In this document: in pieces, positions 49,636 to 59,578 of the stretch
How the letters are laid out: each line of letters begins with the position of its first letter
How positions within the stretch are numbered: the stretch's first letter is position 1
Origin: an uncultured Acidobacteriota bacterium
GTDB lineage: Bacteria > Acidobacteriota > Terriglobia > Acidiferrales > UBA7541
Assembly: GCA_963828935.1 (NCBI GenBank)
Contig: CAWHGP010000005.1
Span: forward strand, 359,100 to 423,099
Direction: 5' to 3'
DNA length: 64,000 nucleotides
Made by a program: the position numbers and the translations under genes
Notes under the pieces: model-generated
The model's input: the letters and a program-made list of their open reading frames with translations, nothing else
Database searches by the model: none
What the model was told of the DNA's origin: nothing

Positions 49636-50311
49636 TGCGGACTCCTCACGAGCGATGTGGAACCGACGTAAGCCCACGGTTAGCCATCGCCTCCCTATTA
49701 ATAACTCTGAAACCTAGACATCTCAATTTCCAAATTCAATGCAACCCAAGGATGTTTTGCCGCTTGACGGTTCTAAACCCAGCGACTACCACGCGGACCA
49801 TATACGCGCTCGGTATCAAGTTCAGGGCGGCGTATTCTCCCACGTCATCGGCAGTTCCATTTGAACGGCCCAACAACAGCCGTGCGAGTATCACACATTT
49901 GGACCTGATGTCAATTGTTTTGAATCTCGGTAGTGGTTCAGTTTGACCTTCATGCTTCCGCGTTTTTCAAACTGACCCACTACCCACATCTCACGATTGT
50001 TTGCGTAATGTGGGCTTAAGGTAATGGAACGAAAGAGCCGAGGCCATTCAAAGAAGTGGCTTCGCCGACAACACACTAGGATGATTTTTAAAAATGCTTA
50101 CACGTCGTCATCCTGCGCAATCAGCAAAGAAATGTGAGAAGTCAGGGCAGGAGACTTCATCTGCGGTGCGCCGCAGCGGCAGAAATAGCCTTCAAGATGT
50201 CCTGTCCAGAAAAACACAATCCGTCCTCCCTCAACGCAACCTTGGTTGATTCAAAATAGAGTCAGCTCAAGGCAGTGCACTCACGCGCTTTTTCAGCCTC
50301 GCAAAGGCAGA

Positions 50312-53224
50312 TTAGTTAGCAGCAGTGTCGTTAAAGCGTTTGAATCTCAGCTCAGCTTGCTTTCCACCCGTCAAAACCGGGCTATGTGTCACAAGACTCT
50401 TTTGCTCCTCTTGCGTGATCTGGAGCATGTAGCGGACGAGCAGATCTGCCTGGTCACCGTGATATGCCTGCGCACTCGCGGGGAGTGGACCGGAGAACAC
50501 CCAGCGATCTTTGTCGCGGCTGAAAAGGCCCGCAGGCATAGTTGTGCCAGGAAGAATCAATTGCGGATTGGTGATCCAGCGTTGCATCCAATCCGGACGC
50601 AAGCGATCCTTAGACAGGAGGAAGTTGGGCGCAGTAGCAATCTTATCGTGCGCCGGATCACCGGTCGCATGACATTTTAGACAGGGCGCAGATGCGCTGG
50701 TGAATAGCTGGCGGGCGGTTGACTTTTCTTCCGGAGTTAGAGGCTTAAGCTCTTGAGGAACATAGGGCTGACCCTCGTGTACCATGGCCTGAAAAAAGAG
50801 CACCAGTTTACGGATCTGATCGTCAGTGAGATGGAAGTTGGGCATATGGAGTTCGAGGTAACTCCGCACACCGTTCCGATGCGTCTCAGTCGGGCTGAGC
50901 GAGGGGTTATGCAAAAACTCCGCCAGCCATTCCGGAGTCACTCGTGCTCCCTCACCTACCAGGACCGGCGGCAGTTTGGCTTTATTCTCGCCCTGGTACA
51001 TCGGTAGGTCCATTAGGGCAGTTTTTTGACCCAGAGCAATTTGGTGACAGCCCGTACAATTGTACTTACTGATAATCCACCAACCATCTTGGATCGCAAG
51101 GCTGTCTCGCGAGGGCTTGTATATGTAATCTTCAGGCAAAGGTGGCTGCGCGCTTCCGATGACCATAGTGGTCAGGGCATCGGCGTCGCCTGGTTCGGTA
51201 AGGTCTGGCCTGGGCATGTGCATGCGGTCGGCTGGACTGGGCTTGTCGCCGGTTGTCTCATATGCCGTGGGATCGGTCAGTTTCATTTTGACAAACCCGG
51301 CCAGACTGTACCAAGGACCAGTTGGAGACGGCTTGCCATCCGGTAGAAGTCCGTTCTTTGCGTTACTGACCATCTTGCCGAAATTCAATTCCTTTATTGT
51401 CTTATCGCCTTCTCTGGTGAGTTCCTTTCCAATTGGGTGAGAGTTGGGCGTACAGCAGCCGATAACCCCTATTGGACCCGAATGGCAAGCCTCGCAGCCA
51501 TATATGATGGTGAGTTCCTTGCCTTTGAGAGCGGTTTGCGGATCGTCCATGTAAGGCGCTGCCGGATATTGGAAATCGGGACGTTTTTGAGTCATCAGAA
51601 AGCTGGCTATGTCCTGAGCGTCTTGATCAGTAAGCCGAAAACTAGGCATAACGTTCGGTCGCGTAGTTACCATCGCCCTGCCATCGTTCGGGCACTTATC
51701 ATGATCGAGATCAAAAACGTAGGGCAGACCTTTCTTGGCGTAGTCTTCCGGTCCAATGCCTTTTCTCTCGAAACCACAATACGGGCGCGTTCGCAGGCTC
51801 GGTTCGAGAATAAAGCGTACAATCCAATCGTAATTGGCCTTTTCACCCTCGCGACTTAGATTACCCGCAAAAGTGCCCCCCATCTTGGAATCACCTTCGC
51901 CAATCGAATGGCAACCCAAGCAGCCTCGGCTTTCAAAAAGCTCCTTGCCGTGCACGGGCTCGCCTGGTGCCCGTTTCGGTAGGGCGGGGCTCCCTTCTAC
52001 GCCAGCTTGCCAGACAAAGGCTGCGATGGCTTCGGCTTCACCAGGCTTAAATGGAAATTGCGGCATCTTAGTGCCCGGCCGATACTCGCGGGTGTGACCG
52101 AGCCAGTAAGGGATCCACTCCTTTACGAGTTTCACCCGAGCTTCGCCGAGGTCTGGACCTATTTTGTCAGGCACCTGGCGACCCTGGCTCGTGCGCCGCT
52201 GAAGGTCGCCGGTCTGCGCGTCAATATTGCTGACCGCCATGGTCAGGTTGGCAGACTCCTGATAATTCCGGCTGGCCGCGGCGTTATCCTTGGACGTATC
52301 ACCCGCCTTGTTCAATTGTGCGATCCGAACGAGCTTGGCCCTTCTATCATTCTGCAATTGGGCGAGTAACTGCCGTACCTCGCCTGCTTCATTCTCACGA
52401 TCAAAGCCTTGATAGACGTGGCAAGCTGTGCAGCCATTTCTTCGGAATAGCTCTTTGCCGCGACTGAGGACTGGAGCGTATTCAGTAATCATGTCGCTGG
52501 CGTGACACCGTTGGCACCCTGCCTCGTAATTCTCGGGGGCATAGAGCGGTATCGGCCATTTCCCGTCTTGACCGTGGGCACTTTCGACTGATTCAGTTGC
52601 GCCGCCGTTGCCACCATGGCAAGACGAGCAGCCGAATTTCTCCGGAGGGTGAATCGCGAGCAACTCTGGATCCGGATGGCTTGCAAACGGTGCGTCTTTA
52701 TTGCCATCCATTCCCAAGGATGCTTTCGTTAAGGTCATTCCTGCAGGGACTAACGAAGGATCGTCACCTAGATGGCAGGATTGACAGCGATCGACGAGTC
52801 CCGGACCGGCAACGTAGCCCAGTCCACCACCTGCCGGCTTAAGACTCCACTCCCGCGGCTTCGTCTCCATGTTTTGGACATTCCGAAGAACACCCTGAAG
52901 CTCGGATGCAGTCTCGCCCGGAAGCTTGCTCTTGATGAACTGATCGCGTTTGGGCTGAGCGTCCTTATCAGGCTGGCCTTTCAACGAAGCATCTAGTTTT
53001 TGATAATCCGGAGTGGCGAGAACCTTCTGTTCGTCAGCTGAACGACGGGCGATCTCTTGCCGTAGGTAGTCGGAGTATGAGCTCCGGAAACGCCTTTCGT
53101 AGCGCCTAAAAGACGGCGCGCCGAATTCCCGATAGAGAAACCATGAGCCCACCGCCACTAGTACGGCAACAGAAATTAACAAACCCAGGCGCGCTTTCCC
53201 CTTGTCTGCTGGCTGGTCCGGCAT
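50312..53224 (-). CDS. Membrane-anchored multihaem c-type cytochrome (eight CxxCH motifs, 970 aa)
   Basis: One N-terminal TM helix (LGLLISVAVLVAVGSWFLY). CxxCH motifs: CQSCH, CSSCH, CQRCH, CTACH, CLGCH, CEACH, CTGCH, CLKCH. Several class-I-like modules end in MP-x-F motifs (GTKMPQF, NVMPSFRLTDQDAQDIASFL, LHMPNFHLTDDQIRKLVLFF, GTTMPAG). Confidence 0.85.
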   Translation of the reverse strand: MPDQPADKGKARLGLLISVAVLVAVGSWFLYREFGAPSFRRYERRFRSSYSDYLRQEIARRSADEQKVLATPDYQKLDASLKGQPDKDAQPKRDQFIKSKLPGETASELQGVLRNVQNMETKPREWSLKPAGGGLGYVAGPGLVDRCQSCHLGDDPSLVPAGMTLTKASLGMDGNKDAPFASHPDPELLAIHPPEKFGCSSCHGGNGGATESVESAHGQDGKWPIPLYAPENYEAGCQRCHASDMITEYAPVLSRGKELFRRNGCTACHVYQGFDRENEAGEVRQLLAQLQNDRRAKLVRIAQLNKAGDTSKDNAAASRNYQESANLTMAVSNIDAQTGDLQRRTSQGRQVPDKIGPDLGEARVKLVKEWIPYWLGHTREYRPGTKMPQFPFKPGEAEAIAAFVWQAGVEGSPALPKRAPGEPVHGKELFESRGCLGCHSIGEGDSKMGGTFAGNLSREGEKANYDWIVRFILEPSLRTRPYCGFERKGIGPEDYAKKGLPYVFDLDHDKCPNDGRAMVTTRPNVMPSFRLTDQDAQDIASFLMTQKRPDFQYPAAPYMDDPQTALKGKELTIIYGCEACHSGPIGVIGCCTPNSHPIGKELTREGDKTIKELNFGKMVSNAKNGLLPDGKPSPTGPWYSLAGFVKMKLTDPTAYETTGDKPSPADRMHMPRPDLTEPGDADALTTMVIGSAQPPLPEDYIYKPSRDSLAIQDGWWIISKYNCTGCHQIALGQKTALMDLPMYQGENKAKLPPVLVGEGARVTPEWLAEFLHNPSLSPTETHRNGVRSYLELHMPNFHLTDDQIRKLVLFFQAMVHEGQPYVPQELKPLTPEEKSTARQLFTSASAPCLKCHATGDPAHDKIATAPNFLLSKDRLRPDWMQRWITNPQLILPGTTMPAGLFSRDKDRWVFSGPLPASAQAYHGDQADLLVRYMLQITQEEQKSLVTHSPVLTGGKQAELRFKRFNDTAAN

Positions 53225-53235
53225 CGGATCTGCCT

Positions 53236-54930
53236 TTACCGCGAAGCGCGGCTGACTTCTTTTTTCGCCTGCGCGTCGTAGACCACTTTTCCTCCGACCA
53301 TCGTCATTACCGGCTTTATATCCTTGATCTGGTCGGCCGGTACGGTGAGATAGTCACGGTCTAGCACCACCAGGTCGGCCAGCTTGCCCGGCGCGATTGA
53401 ACCGAGTTCGTTTTCTCGCATTACGAAAAACGAGTTGCTGCGCGTGTGCGCGATTAAAGCCTCTTCTCTGGTTATAGTTTGATGGTTCACCACGCGACCG
53501 CCGAGCATCTTGCCGGTAACGGCGAACCATAGAGTCACGAATGGGTTGTACTGATTGACTTCGTTCGTGTCTGTATGGAATCCCCACATGATTCCGCTGT
53601 CCTGAATCATTCGCAGCGGCGGCATGTCATAGGACCGATCACCGTGCACGCGATTGAAGATCGCGCCCATCACGGGCGGTATTGCGCGAACCGCCGCCCA
53701 CATCCCCAACTTCTTCATACGCACCAAGTCGTCTGCAGAAAGCTGATCATCGTGCGCAAAGGCCCAACGCAAATTCCTGATCGGGTAATCCTTGTTGATA
53801 ATTTCGATCTGGTCCAGAAATGCCGGGAAGGTCTCCGATATGGTGGCATGTTGTTGCAAAGGCATACCGTGTTTGGCTACTTCCGTTGCGAGCAGCCGCC
53901 AATCCGCCAGCTGCTCCGGGGTATAACTGGTGTGTGGGGCCAGCATATTATCGCTGAGGCTAATACTTTCCCCATACATCACATCGTCAATGTAGTCATC
54001 ACCCTGAAAGAGTTTAATCTGCCCAATCTGCTCAGCGGTTCGCTTCAACGCATCCGGCCCGCGGCCGCCTCCCCCCCCTCCGGCGGAGACCATGCACATG
54101 AAGCGGAAGCTCAACTCACCTTTGCGCTTCATTTCCTGGTAGACGTCCGTGTTATCTTTCGGGCATCCTGAGATTCCGGCGGTTGTCAAGCCAACTCGAT
54201 TCAAGTCCTTGATCATCGCCGTAGCGCTAGCCAGATAAGTGTCTTTTGATGGCCGCGGAATTTTGTTGGCCATCTGCCCTAGACCCGGATCGTTTATTCT
54301 TCCGGTCGGTTTTCCAGAGGAGTCGCGCTCGATCCAAGGCTGATTCATACCGGCCAATCCCATGGCCTCAACTCCCTTCGTGTTCATGAAAGCGCAGCAT
54401 CTGGAAAATTGGACGTACACGGGATTATTGGGCGCGGCCTGATCCAATTCCTGCTTGGTTAGAGGCGTCGGGTTATCGGCAAACTGATCGTAAGACCAGC
54501 CACCCAGGTTATAAACCCACTGGCCCGGCCCTAGCGCGACCGCCTTCGTGCGCACGATTTCGAGCGCTTGCTTACGTGACGTGATGTCATCGAATCGCGC
54601 CTCGGTGGTCCAGGTTTCTGCCCCGCGCATCAGATGCGCATGCGCATCAATGAGCCCGGGAACCACAGCTTTGCCGCCGAGATCAATTCTTCGCGTATTA
54701 GGACCGGCGAGTCGCGCGATTTCTTGATTAGTCCCAACGGCTACGATGCGATCGGCCGTTACCGCTACAGCTTGAGCGATTGCGAAACGGTTATCAACCG
54801 TGATGATTTTGCCATTGGATAATATAAGGTCTGGCGCCGGCCGCTGTTGGCCAAGAGCAGTCACAGCAAAACAGATGAACGCCACGACTGCGGCAAATGA
54901 AAAACGCTTCCACGTCCTATCCTTAATCAT
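53236..54930 (-). CDS. Exported amidohydrolase (YtcJ-like, Amidohydro_3 type)
   Basis: AGGAGGGGG box before the ATG at 54930. Signal MIKDRTWKRFSFAAVVAFICFAVTALGQQ. PDLILSNGKIITVD...VVPGLIDAHAHL; C-terminal GSIAPGKLADLVVLDRDYLTVP...VMTMVGGKVVY. Its stop lies 11 nt before the cytochrome start. Confidence 0.85.
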   Translation of the reverse strand: MIKDRTWKRFSFAAVVAFICFAVTALGQQRPAPDLILSNGKIITVDNRFAIAQAVAVTADRIVAVGTNQEIARLAGPNTRRIDLGGKAVVPGLIDAHAHLMRGAETWTTEARFDDITSRKQALEIVRTKAVALGPGQWVYNLGGWSYDQFADNPTPLTKQELDQAAPNNPVYVQFSRCCAFMNTKGVEAMGLAGMNQPWIERDSSGKPTGRINDPGLGQMANKIPRPSKDTYLASATAMIKDLNRVGLTTAGISGCPKDNTDVYQEMKRKGELSFRFMCMVSAGGGGGGRGPDALKRTAEQIGQIKLFQGDDYIDDVMYGESISLSDNMLAPHTSYTPEQLADWRLLATEVAKHGMPLQQHATISETFPAFLDQIEIINKDYPIRNLRWAFAHDDQLSADDLVRMKKLGMWAAVRAIPPVMGAIFNRVHGDRSYDMPPLRMIQDSGIMWGFHTDTNEVNQYNPFVTLWFAVTGKMLGGRVVNHQTITREEALIAHTRSNSFFVMRENELGSIAPGKLADLVVLDRDYLTVPADQIKDIKPVMTMVGGKVVYDAQAKKEVSRASR

Positions 54931-55043
54931 ATGCCCCCTCCTGATACAATGATGTTGCCCGAGCGCCCGAATCGGATGTCTGTTTCTGCCACACGATCCT
55001 ATACTCTGAACTTTCCGCAGTGTCAAGCGCATGGTTACAGTGA

Positions 55044-56262
55044 GAGGTCCTCGCTCAGAGCAGCGCGGCACGCGAGCGCAATAACAAGGCGCCCATTGAA
55101 CTCGCGGGCGTGATCGCCATCCCTGGCAACCCGCTCGTAACCTCTGACATTGTTTGGGTGGATGCCGGAACGAAGAAGTTCTATTTCGCAGACAGATCAA
55201 ACTTTGGCGTGGACGTCATCGATACCGAGAATAATTTGTTTGTGCGCCGGATTTCCCGGTTCGCGGGCCCACAGACTTCCCGAGGCGACCCGAAGGCCAA
55301 CGCTACTACACCCCCTCCAAACGGTGTGGGACCAAGCGGCGTGTTGGTTACTCCGGATAAAAAGCTTTGGGCGAGCGACGGCAATAGTATTGTTTCGGGT
55401 GGCCGACGTTGATCCAACTTCGCCCAACTATTTGCATATCATAAAATCAATCAGCACCGCGATTCCCGACTGTGGCCCCCATTGCGATCGTGCTGACGAG
55501 CTCGGATACGACACAACCGATCACATTATTTTAGTGCCGAATAATCAACCGCTCGCAGCCATGGCTTCCACTCCTCCAACTCCGTCGAACCCATACGCGA
55601 CTTTCATCTCTGGCGATACTTATCAGGTGCCTGGTCACATTACATTTGTTGGTGCCACCGGCTTAGAACAGCCAGTATGGGTTCCGGCCCTCCATCGTTT
55701 CTTCATCACCGTGCCGGGATACCGTAATACTGGAGGAACCAACAACAGACTCGCAGAAATTGCAGTGATCGATCCCAAGACCATGAAAGTCGAACGGACA
55801 CTGAAACCAGGTAATTGCCACGCCAGCGGTGAGGTGTTAGGTCCGTCGCAGCATTTACTTCTGACGTGCGGAGGGCCGGTGATCTTGAATACGGCGAATG
55901 GCAAAGTCATTTCCACGATCACACAAATCGGAGGCGGTGACGAGGACTGGTACAACCCTGGGGACGCGCGATTTTGCTTCACGTCAGCTGACAGGAGTAC
56001 ACCTCCTGTAGACTCACTTGGTATAGTAGACGCGCAGACAGGGGCATGGCTCCAAAATGTGCCGGATCCGGGAGGCAGACAGGCCGCTGCCCTTCCAGAA
56101 AACAACTACATCTTTACTCTCGTTCGAGTTACTGAGGCGATGATTAGAGACCCTTCAACCGATCACACCACGTGCTCGCTATTTGGGTTCAGAGGTACGG
56201 GTTGCATCGCCGTCTTCGTCCACTCAGACGAAGCTGCAAAACAAAAAAGACAGCAGAAATAG
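55044..56262 (+). pseudogene. Beta-propeller-like protein lacking its N-terminus and frameshifted
   Basis: The open frame from 55044 has no signal peptide or ATG. VIAIPGNPLVTSDIVWVDAGTKKFYFADRSNFGVDVIDTENNLF...LWASDGNSIV, then a shift near 55395 into ORF 55150..56262 (VADVDPTSPNYL...RFFITVPGY...LAEIAVIDPKTMKV...). Confidence 0.55.
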
Positions 56263-56345
56263 CCACTCGGCGCACCATCGAATCAATCGCATCGCGCTCG
56301 AAAAAATAAGGCACCCGTAGCGAACGATGGGAATGCTAGCAGGCC

Positions 56346-57548
56346 CTAATTGGATAACAGAGGCGGGGCTGGCCTATCAAATTTTGCGGCTGGGATCGCA
56401 ACATTCAGCTCTATCGAGGTCAGCTCGATCACTGAACGGCCGTCGACCCAGGTCTTAGTTATTCGAAAGGGCATCTTGATTCCGGAAACGTCGCGATAAT
56501 CGGCAAAGTCGATCTGGGTAGGAGCCCAGCCCACCGGCAACTTGGTATAGCGAACCATGCGCACAAGCAGTCCTGAATTTTCGTCGAAGTAAAGCTTCAC
56601 GTCATTGCCGGCAGCCGTGATCCCTTGCATAACAATCAACTCGCGATCGTCCACGCCTACGCCGAGACGTTCCGAAAGTATGCTGGCGACGCCACTGATC
56701 GGAAAACCCACCTTCAAGCTGGTGAGTAGTTGCCTGACGTGCGTCGGGAAGTACAGTTCGGCTTCCAAATGGGCGCCATCCAAATCGCCTGCAGCCAAAG
56801 CCAGTACAGGCGCCGGCGCATCGTGCTCTGACTGGGCGACCCACGCCAAACGGCCGTCATCCACCCACGTGCTGTCTCCATTGTAACCATGCACAACCTG
56901 ACAAAATTGTCCTGGGGCTTTGGCATAAATTTCTACAACATTCTTACCCGGATCGTCGTACCCCTGATAAGTTCCCTTCGCAACGAAGCTCGTGAAATTG
57001 GCCAGTTTTTCTGCTCCGCCAACAGCTTGGATGTATTTTTCGAGAACCTGATCGGGCGAAGGCGCACCGGCAGCCTGTTCAGGAATTTCCTCTGGGTCTG
57101 CAGGAGCCGGAACACCGTACTGATCAGCCAAACTCGGTATGAACTTCGGCCTGTCCGTATCGGCATTGCGATGACAGGAGTAGCAGCTTATTCCGCGAGC
57201 GCCTTTGAAGTAAGTCCTATTAATTGCATCCATCATGCGGATCATTTTGCGCGTCGTCTTTTTCATCGGCGTATCTTCCGCATAGCTTTCCCAGCTACCG
57301 CCCGTCGTGTACCCATGGCAAGTGCCGCAGCTATAGGGTGTAGAGGCTGCAAAGAAACCCATAGTCTCGAGAAATTCCTTGACGGAGATCCCCTTGAGAA
57401 CCTGGACGTTCTTGAAAACTTTTTCGGCCATCAATGGCTTCGTCCCGGTTCCGGCGCGAGGCACGGATCGTGGCTCAACCTGACCATATGCTATTGAGAT
57501 GCTCAGCAGGCTTAAAATAAGCAGTCCAGCAATGCGAAAGAACATCAT
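56346..57548 (-). CDS. D-type dihaem c-type cytochrome (PRC cytochrome-subunit-like N-domain plus C-terminal domain), D2
   Basis: GGGAGGAG box before the ATG at 57548 (MMFFRIAGLLILSLLSISIAYGQ). FKNVQVLKGISVKEFLETMGFFAASTPYSCGTCH ... ISCYSCHRN. The C-terminal domain is colinear with D1 (YIQAVGG, LYFDENSGLLVRMV, DYRDVSGIKMPF). Confidence 0.8.
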   Translation of the reverse strand: MMFFRIAGLLILSLLSISIAYGQVEPRSVPRAGTGTKPLMAEKVFKNVQVLKGISVKEFLETMGFFAASTPYSCGTCHGYTTGGSWESYAEDTPMKKTTRKMIRMMDAINRTYFKGARGISCYSCHRNADTDRPKFIPSLADQYGVPAPADPEEIPEQAAGAPSPDQVLEKYIQAVGGAEKLANFTSFVAKGTYQGYDDPGKNVVEIYAKAPGQFCQVVHGYNGDSTWVDDGRLAWVAQSEHDAPAPVLALAAGDLDGAHLEAELYFPTHVRQLLTSLKVGFPISGVASILSERLGVGVDDRELIVMQGITAAGNDVKLYFDENSGLLVRMVRYTKLPVGWAPTQIDFADYRDVSGIKMPFRITKTWVDGRSVIELTSIELNVAIPAAKFDRPAPPLLSN

Positions 57549-57644
57549 CTTAGGTTCGGGACTCCTCCCGGCATATTTGCCCCGGCCGAATATTTCCACA
57601 AAACGCATGCGCGTTTTTCATTTTACCTGCAAACATAATATGAC

Positions 57645-57671
57645 TTGACAGTTTTTAGGCGTTGCTATAGT
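57645..57671 (+). promoter_or_regulatory. Candidate promoter for A5-B5-A6 in the divergent D2/A5 intergenic region
   Basis: TTGACA at 57645-57650 and TATAGT at 57666-57671, but the spacer is only 15 nt. Confidence 0.25.
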
Positions 57672-57757
57672 AGCTGAGTAGTTCTGCGCAATTTCGCGGC
57701 GTTACTCGCAGGCGCTACCAAAAACGTGCAGCACGCAGGCCGAGGGGGATCCGGCAA

Positions 57758-58684
57758 ATGTTCAAAAGCTTGGAACTCTCATTATTGGCCCTAATGGCAC
57801 CAGGAATATTCTTTCCGATTCTATACGCTCAAACCGCCGCGCCTAAGGCGGCCGCAGATGAGGCGAAGCCGGAGAAATGGAATAATATCCCGCCATCGCG
57901 GGCTGCATATAACGGCAAAAAGCCCGGCGGTGCCGCCCCGCGGCGTGACCTGTCGGGGATCTGGGATGCCGTACAATCAATTGGTGGCACTGGGTCTGAG
58001 GAACACTCGGCTGTGTTCCCTAACGGTGGCGGTATGGAAGGAGGACGGCCGGACGAGACGGGAATCGCCAAACCGCTGCCTTATACGCCTGCAGGGCTAG
58101 CGGCACTCAAAGCCAATCATCCCTCGGGACCAGGGGTGCGACAAGTGGACGCCGCGCTGTCCAATGATCCGGCAGATAAATGCGATCCGCTGGGATTTCC
58201 GTATATGTTTCTTTGGGAATTCCGGACCATCAACGTGGTTCAGACCTCCCGGCAAGTGGTGATGTTGAGTCCGTTCTACGGCAATTATCGCGTCATCTGG
58301 ACCGATGGGCGGGAATTGCCCAAGGATCCCGATCCGCGCTACAACGGGTACTCGATGGGCAAATGGGTGGATGACTATACCTTCGTCGTCGAAACTACGG
58401 GACTGAATCCCAGAAGCTGGATCGATCACGCCGGCCGCCCCCATAGTGATCAGTTGCAGGTGGAGGAGACCTACCATCGCGTCAGTCTTGACACCATCGA
58501 ATACACGATGAAGATTACCGATCCGAAGATGTATACCGAACCATGGCTGGCCTTGAACAAACACCTTCTACACTTACAGCCGCCCGATTTCGACATTCCG
58601 GAGCTGCTTTGCTCACCTAGCGAGTTCGGGGATTACAACAACCAAGTGGGTCACGTCGTCATTCGGGACCCTTCTCAGAAATAG
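57758..58684 (+). CDS. A-type exported protein (A5)
   Basis: GAGGGGGA box. Signal MFKSLELSLLALMAPGIFFPILYAQ. AAPRRDLSGIW, CDPLGFPY, WTDGRELP, GYSMGKWVDDYTFVVETTG, EETYHRVS, TDPKMYTEPW, LCSPSE. Confidence 0.8.
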   Translation: MFKSLELSLLALMAPGIFFPILYAQTAAPKAAADEAKPEKWNNIPPSRAAYNGKKPGGAAPRRDLSGIWDAVQSIGGTGSEEHSAVFPNGGGMEGGRPDETGIAKPLPYTPAGLAALKANHPSGPGVRQVDAALSNDPADKCDPLGFPYMFLWEFRTINVVQTSRQVVMLSPFYGNYRVIWTDGRELPKDPDPRYNGYSMGKWVDDYTFVVETTGLNPRSWIDHAGRPHSDQLQVEETYHRVSLDTIEYTMKITDPKMYTEPWLALNKHLLHLQPPDFDIPELLCSPSEFGDYNNQVGHVVIRDPSQK

Positions 58685-59097
58685 CTGAGGCAACCAGTCG
58701 CATAGTTGCGGTCGCGTTCCGCGTCATCGGCGGTAGGTTGCCCGACCACACGCTTTTCAGATGCTCAGCAGAACTGCCACAACTGTTCCGGCAAAAACGA
58801 ACGACCATCATCTTGAGTCCGGTTGGACCTTGGCTCTTTTCTCCGGGGCACCCTTGCTCATCGATATGTTTCTGCAGCCGGCATTTGTAGCTGCAACGGC
58901 ACGCGGAACGGAGTCAATATTCCGCAATCTCAGATGGCAAACAAATGATTTTTCTGAGATCTAAATTGGGCGGCGATAGCCTCAATTAAAGCAATTGACA
59001 CCAGAAAACGTGCAGTGATATGGTTCCGCGTACTCAAGCTGTCCTCGGGCGCTTGTGCAAGACTGAAACGCGTCGCCCGCAGAGACTTGGAGGATGG

Positions 59098-59478
59098 ATG
59101 ACGAACAAGTTCAGGTTTATGGCTTTCGCGTTGTGTTTCTTAGTTTCCTCCGTTCCCCTGTTCGCTCACCACGGCGCCGCCTCCTATGACACAGGGAAAA
59201 CTATCACCGTAAAGGGTACGGTGACGGAATACATTTGGGCCAATCCTCACGTTTTGCTGAAGCTCGACGTTAAGAACGACAGCGGCGACATCACACACTG
59301 GGTTGTAGAGGCCTGGAATCCGGTAACCCAAAGCAGCCGCGGCTGGACCAAGAATACCTTCAAGCCTGGAGACGAAGTCAGCGCAGAAATAGCCCCGGCG
59401 AAGAACAAGCAGCCCGTCGGAGAGGTCAGAGGCCGAATTATGATCAACGGCCAAGAGTTCAAGCAGAACGCCGGCTGA
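59098..59478 (+). CDS. B-type small exported protein (B5), DUF6152-like
   Basis: GGAGGA box before the ATG at 59098. Signal ...SSVPLFA followed by HHGAASY. Also WANPH, HWVVE, KPGD. Confidence 0.8.
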   Translation: MTNKFRFMAFALCFLVSSVPLFAHHGAASYDTGKTITVKGTVTEYIWANPHVLLKLDVKNDSGDITHWVVEAWNPVTQSSRGWTKNTFKPGDEVSAEIAPAKNKQPVGEVRGRIMINGQEFKQNAG

Positions 59479-59578
59479 GCGAGGCGATGAGGTGTGTTTG
59501 AACGATGTGCTCCAATATAGAGTGGCCTACAATCTCAGACTGATGGAAAAGCTTAGAAACCCCAGGGGGATTGCCAAA

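Noticed and set aside
49678-50311. An AT-richer 630-bp spacer between the octahaem cytochrome and the C operon, including a 61-aa minus-strand ORF (49891..50076).
   Set aside because: The ORF has no RBS or features. The region is most simply a terminator and promoter spacer. I could not identify a convincing -35/-10 pair or hairpin.
58761-58964. A 67-aa plus-strand ORF between A5 and B5.
   Set aside because: The region is better explained as the scar of a divergent D-type gene start on the opposite strand plus promoter DNA. The ORF has no RBS.
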